A stretch of 64,000 bases of DNA, taken from Bordetella parapertussis (GTDB taxonomy: Bacteria; Pseudomonadota; Gammaproteobacteria; Burkholderiales; Burkholderiaceae_D). The stretch is taken from the NCBI GenBank assembly GCA_945883145.1, contig CAMCXB010000002.1, positions 41,825 through 105,824 on the forward strand, written 5' to 3'. Positions 63,923 through 64,000 of the stretch are shown here, in pieces (positions within the stretch are counted from its first letter, which is position 1; each line of letters begins with the position of its first letter). The notes under the pieces are model-generated. The model was not told the origin of the DNA and searched no databases. It was given only the letters and a program-made list of their open reading frames with translations. Position numbers and translations under genes: made by a program.

Positions 63923-64000
63923 GTGGTTCATTTCAATTTATATTCTCGTTCTTATTGTCATTTGTGCGACGACATGTTGGCGGCCTTGGAAAATCTGCGT
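63923..64000 (+). CDS. glutaredoxin-like (DUF836-type) protein, N-terminal fragment running off the window
   Basis: GTG 63923 (GAGAG RBS, in-frame TGA upstream) opens MVHFNLYSRSYCHLCDDMLAALENLR with a CxxC motif. The frame is still open at the window end. Confidence 0.5.
   Translation, partial: MVHFNLYSRSYCHLCDDMLAALENLR

Overview
This 64-kb window is a slice of a moderately AT-rich betaproteobacterial chromosome. Its gene order matches the core layout known from Burkholderiales. In order, the genes are: trpB(partial)-trpA-accD-folC-SPOR protein-purF-metZ-like; LOG (minus strand); TetR; membrane alpha/beta-hydrolase and RDD protein (minus strand); ilvI-ilvH-ilvC; psd-pssA-leuA; rpsO-pnp; quinone oxidoreductase-tpiA-secG-tRNA-Leu(GAG)-nuoABCDEFGHIJKLMN; Nudix hydrolase; rne (minus strand) divergent from rluC-HAD-Rieske-S49 peptidase; methyltransferase and maf (minus strand) divergent from yceD-rpmF-plsX-fabH-fabD-fabG-acpP-fabF; a YgfX-like membrane protein; rpoE, an RseA-like anti-sigma factor, degP/mucD, and the start of a glutaredoxin-like gene. 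I found no rRNA, CRISPR array, transposase, integrase or recognisable defence or toxin-antitoxin cassette. The unusual content is three single-gene, visibly AT-richer islets wedged between conserved operons. (1) A 564-aa orphan lies downstream of ilvC, next to a triplicated copy of the ilvC 3' end. (2) An 896-aa RTX/cadherin-like secreted-protein gene is bracketed by a 39-bp palindrome-containing direct repeat. (3) A 454-aa orphan lies between the S49 peptidase and the methyltransferase. Other points worth a second look are an RseA-like anti-sigma gene split by a frameshift at an A7 tract with no rseB present, a Leu-rich leader peptide upstream of leuA, and an 18-nt perfect palindrome in the long rne leader. 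All functional calls rest on motifs read from the translations plus family and synteny knowledge. No database search was run.
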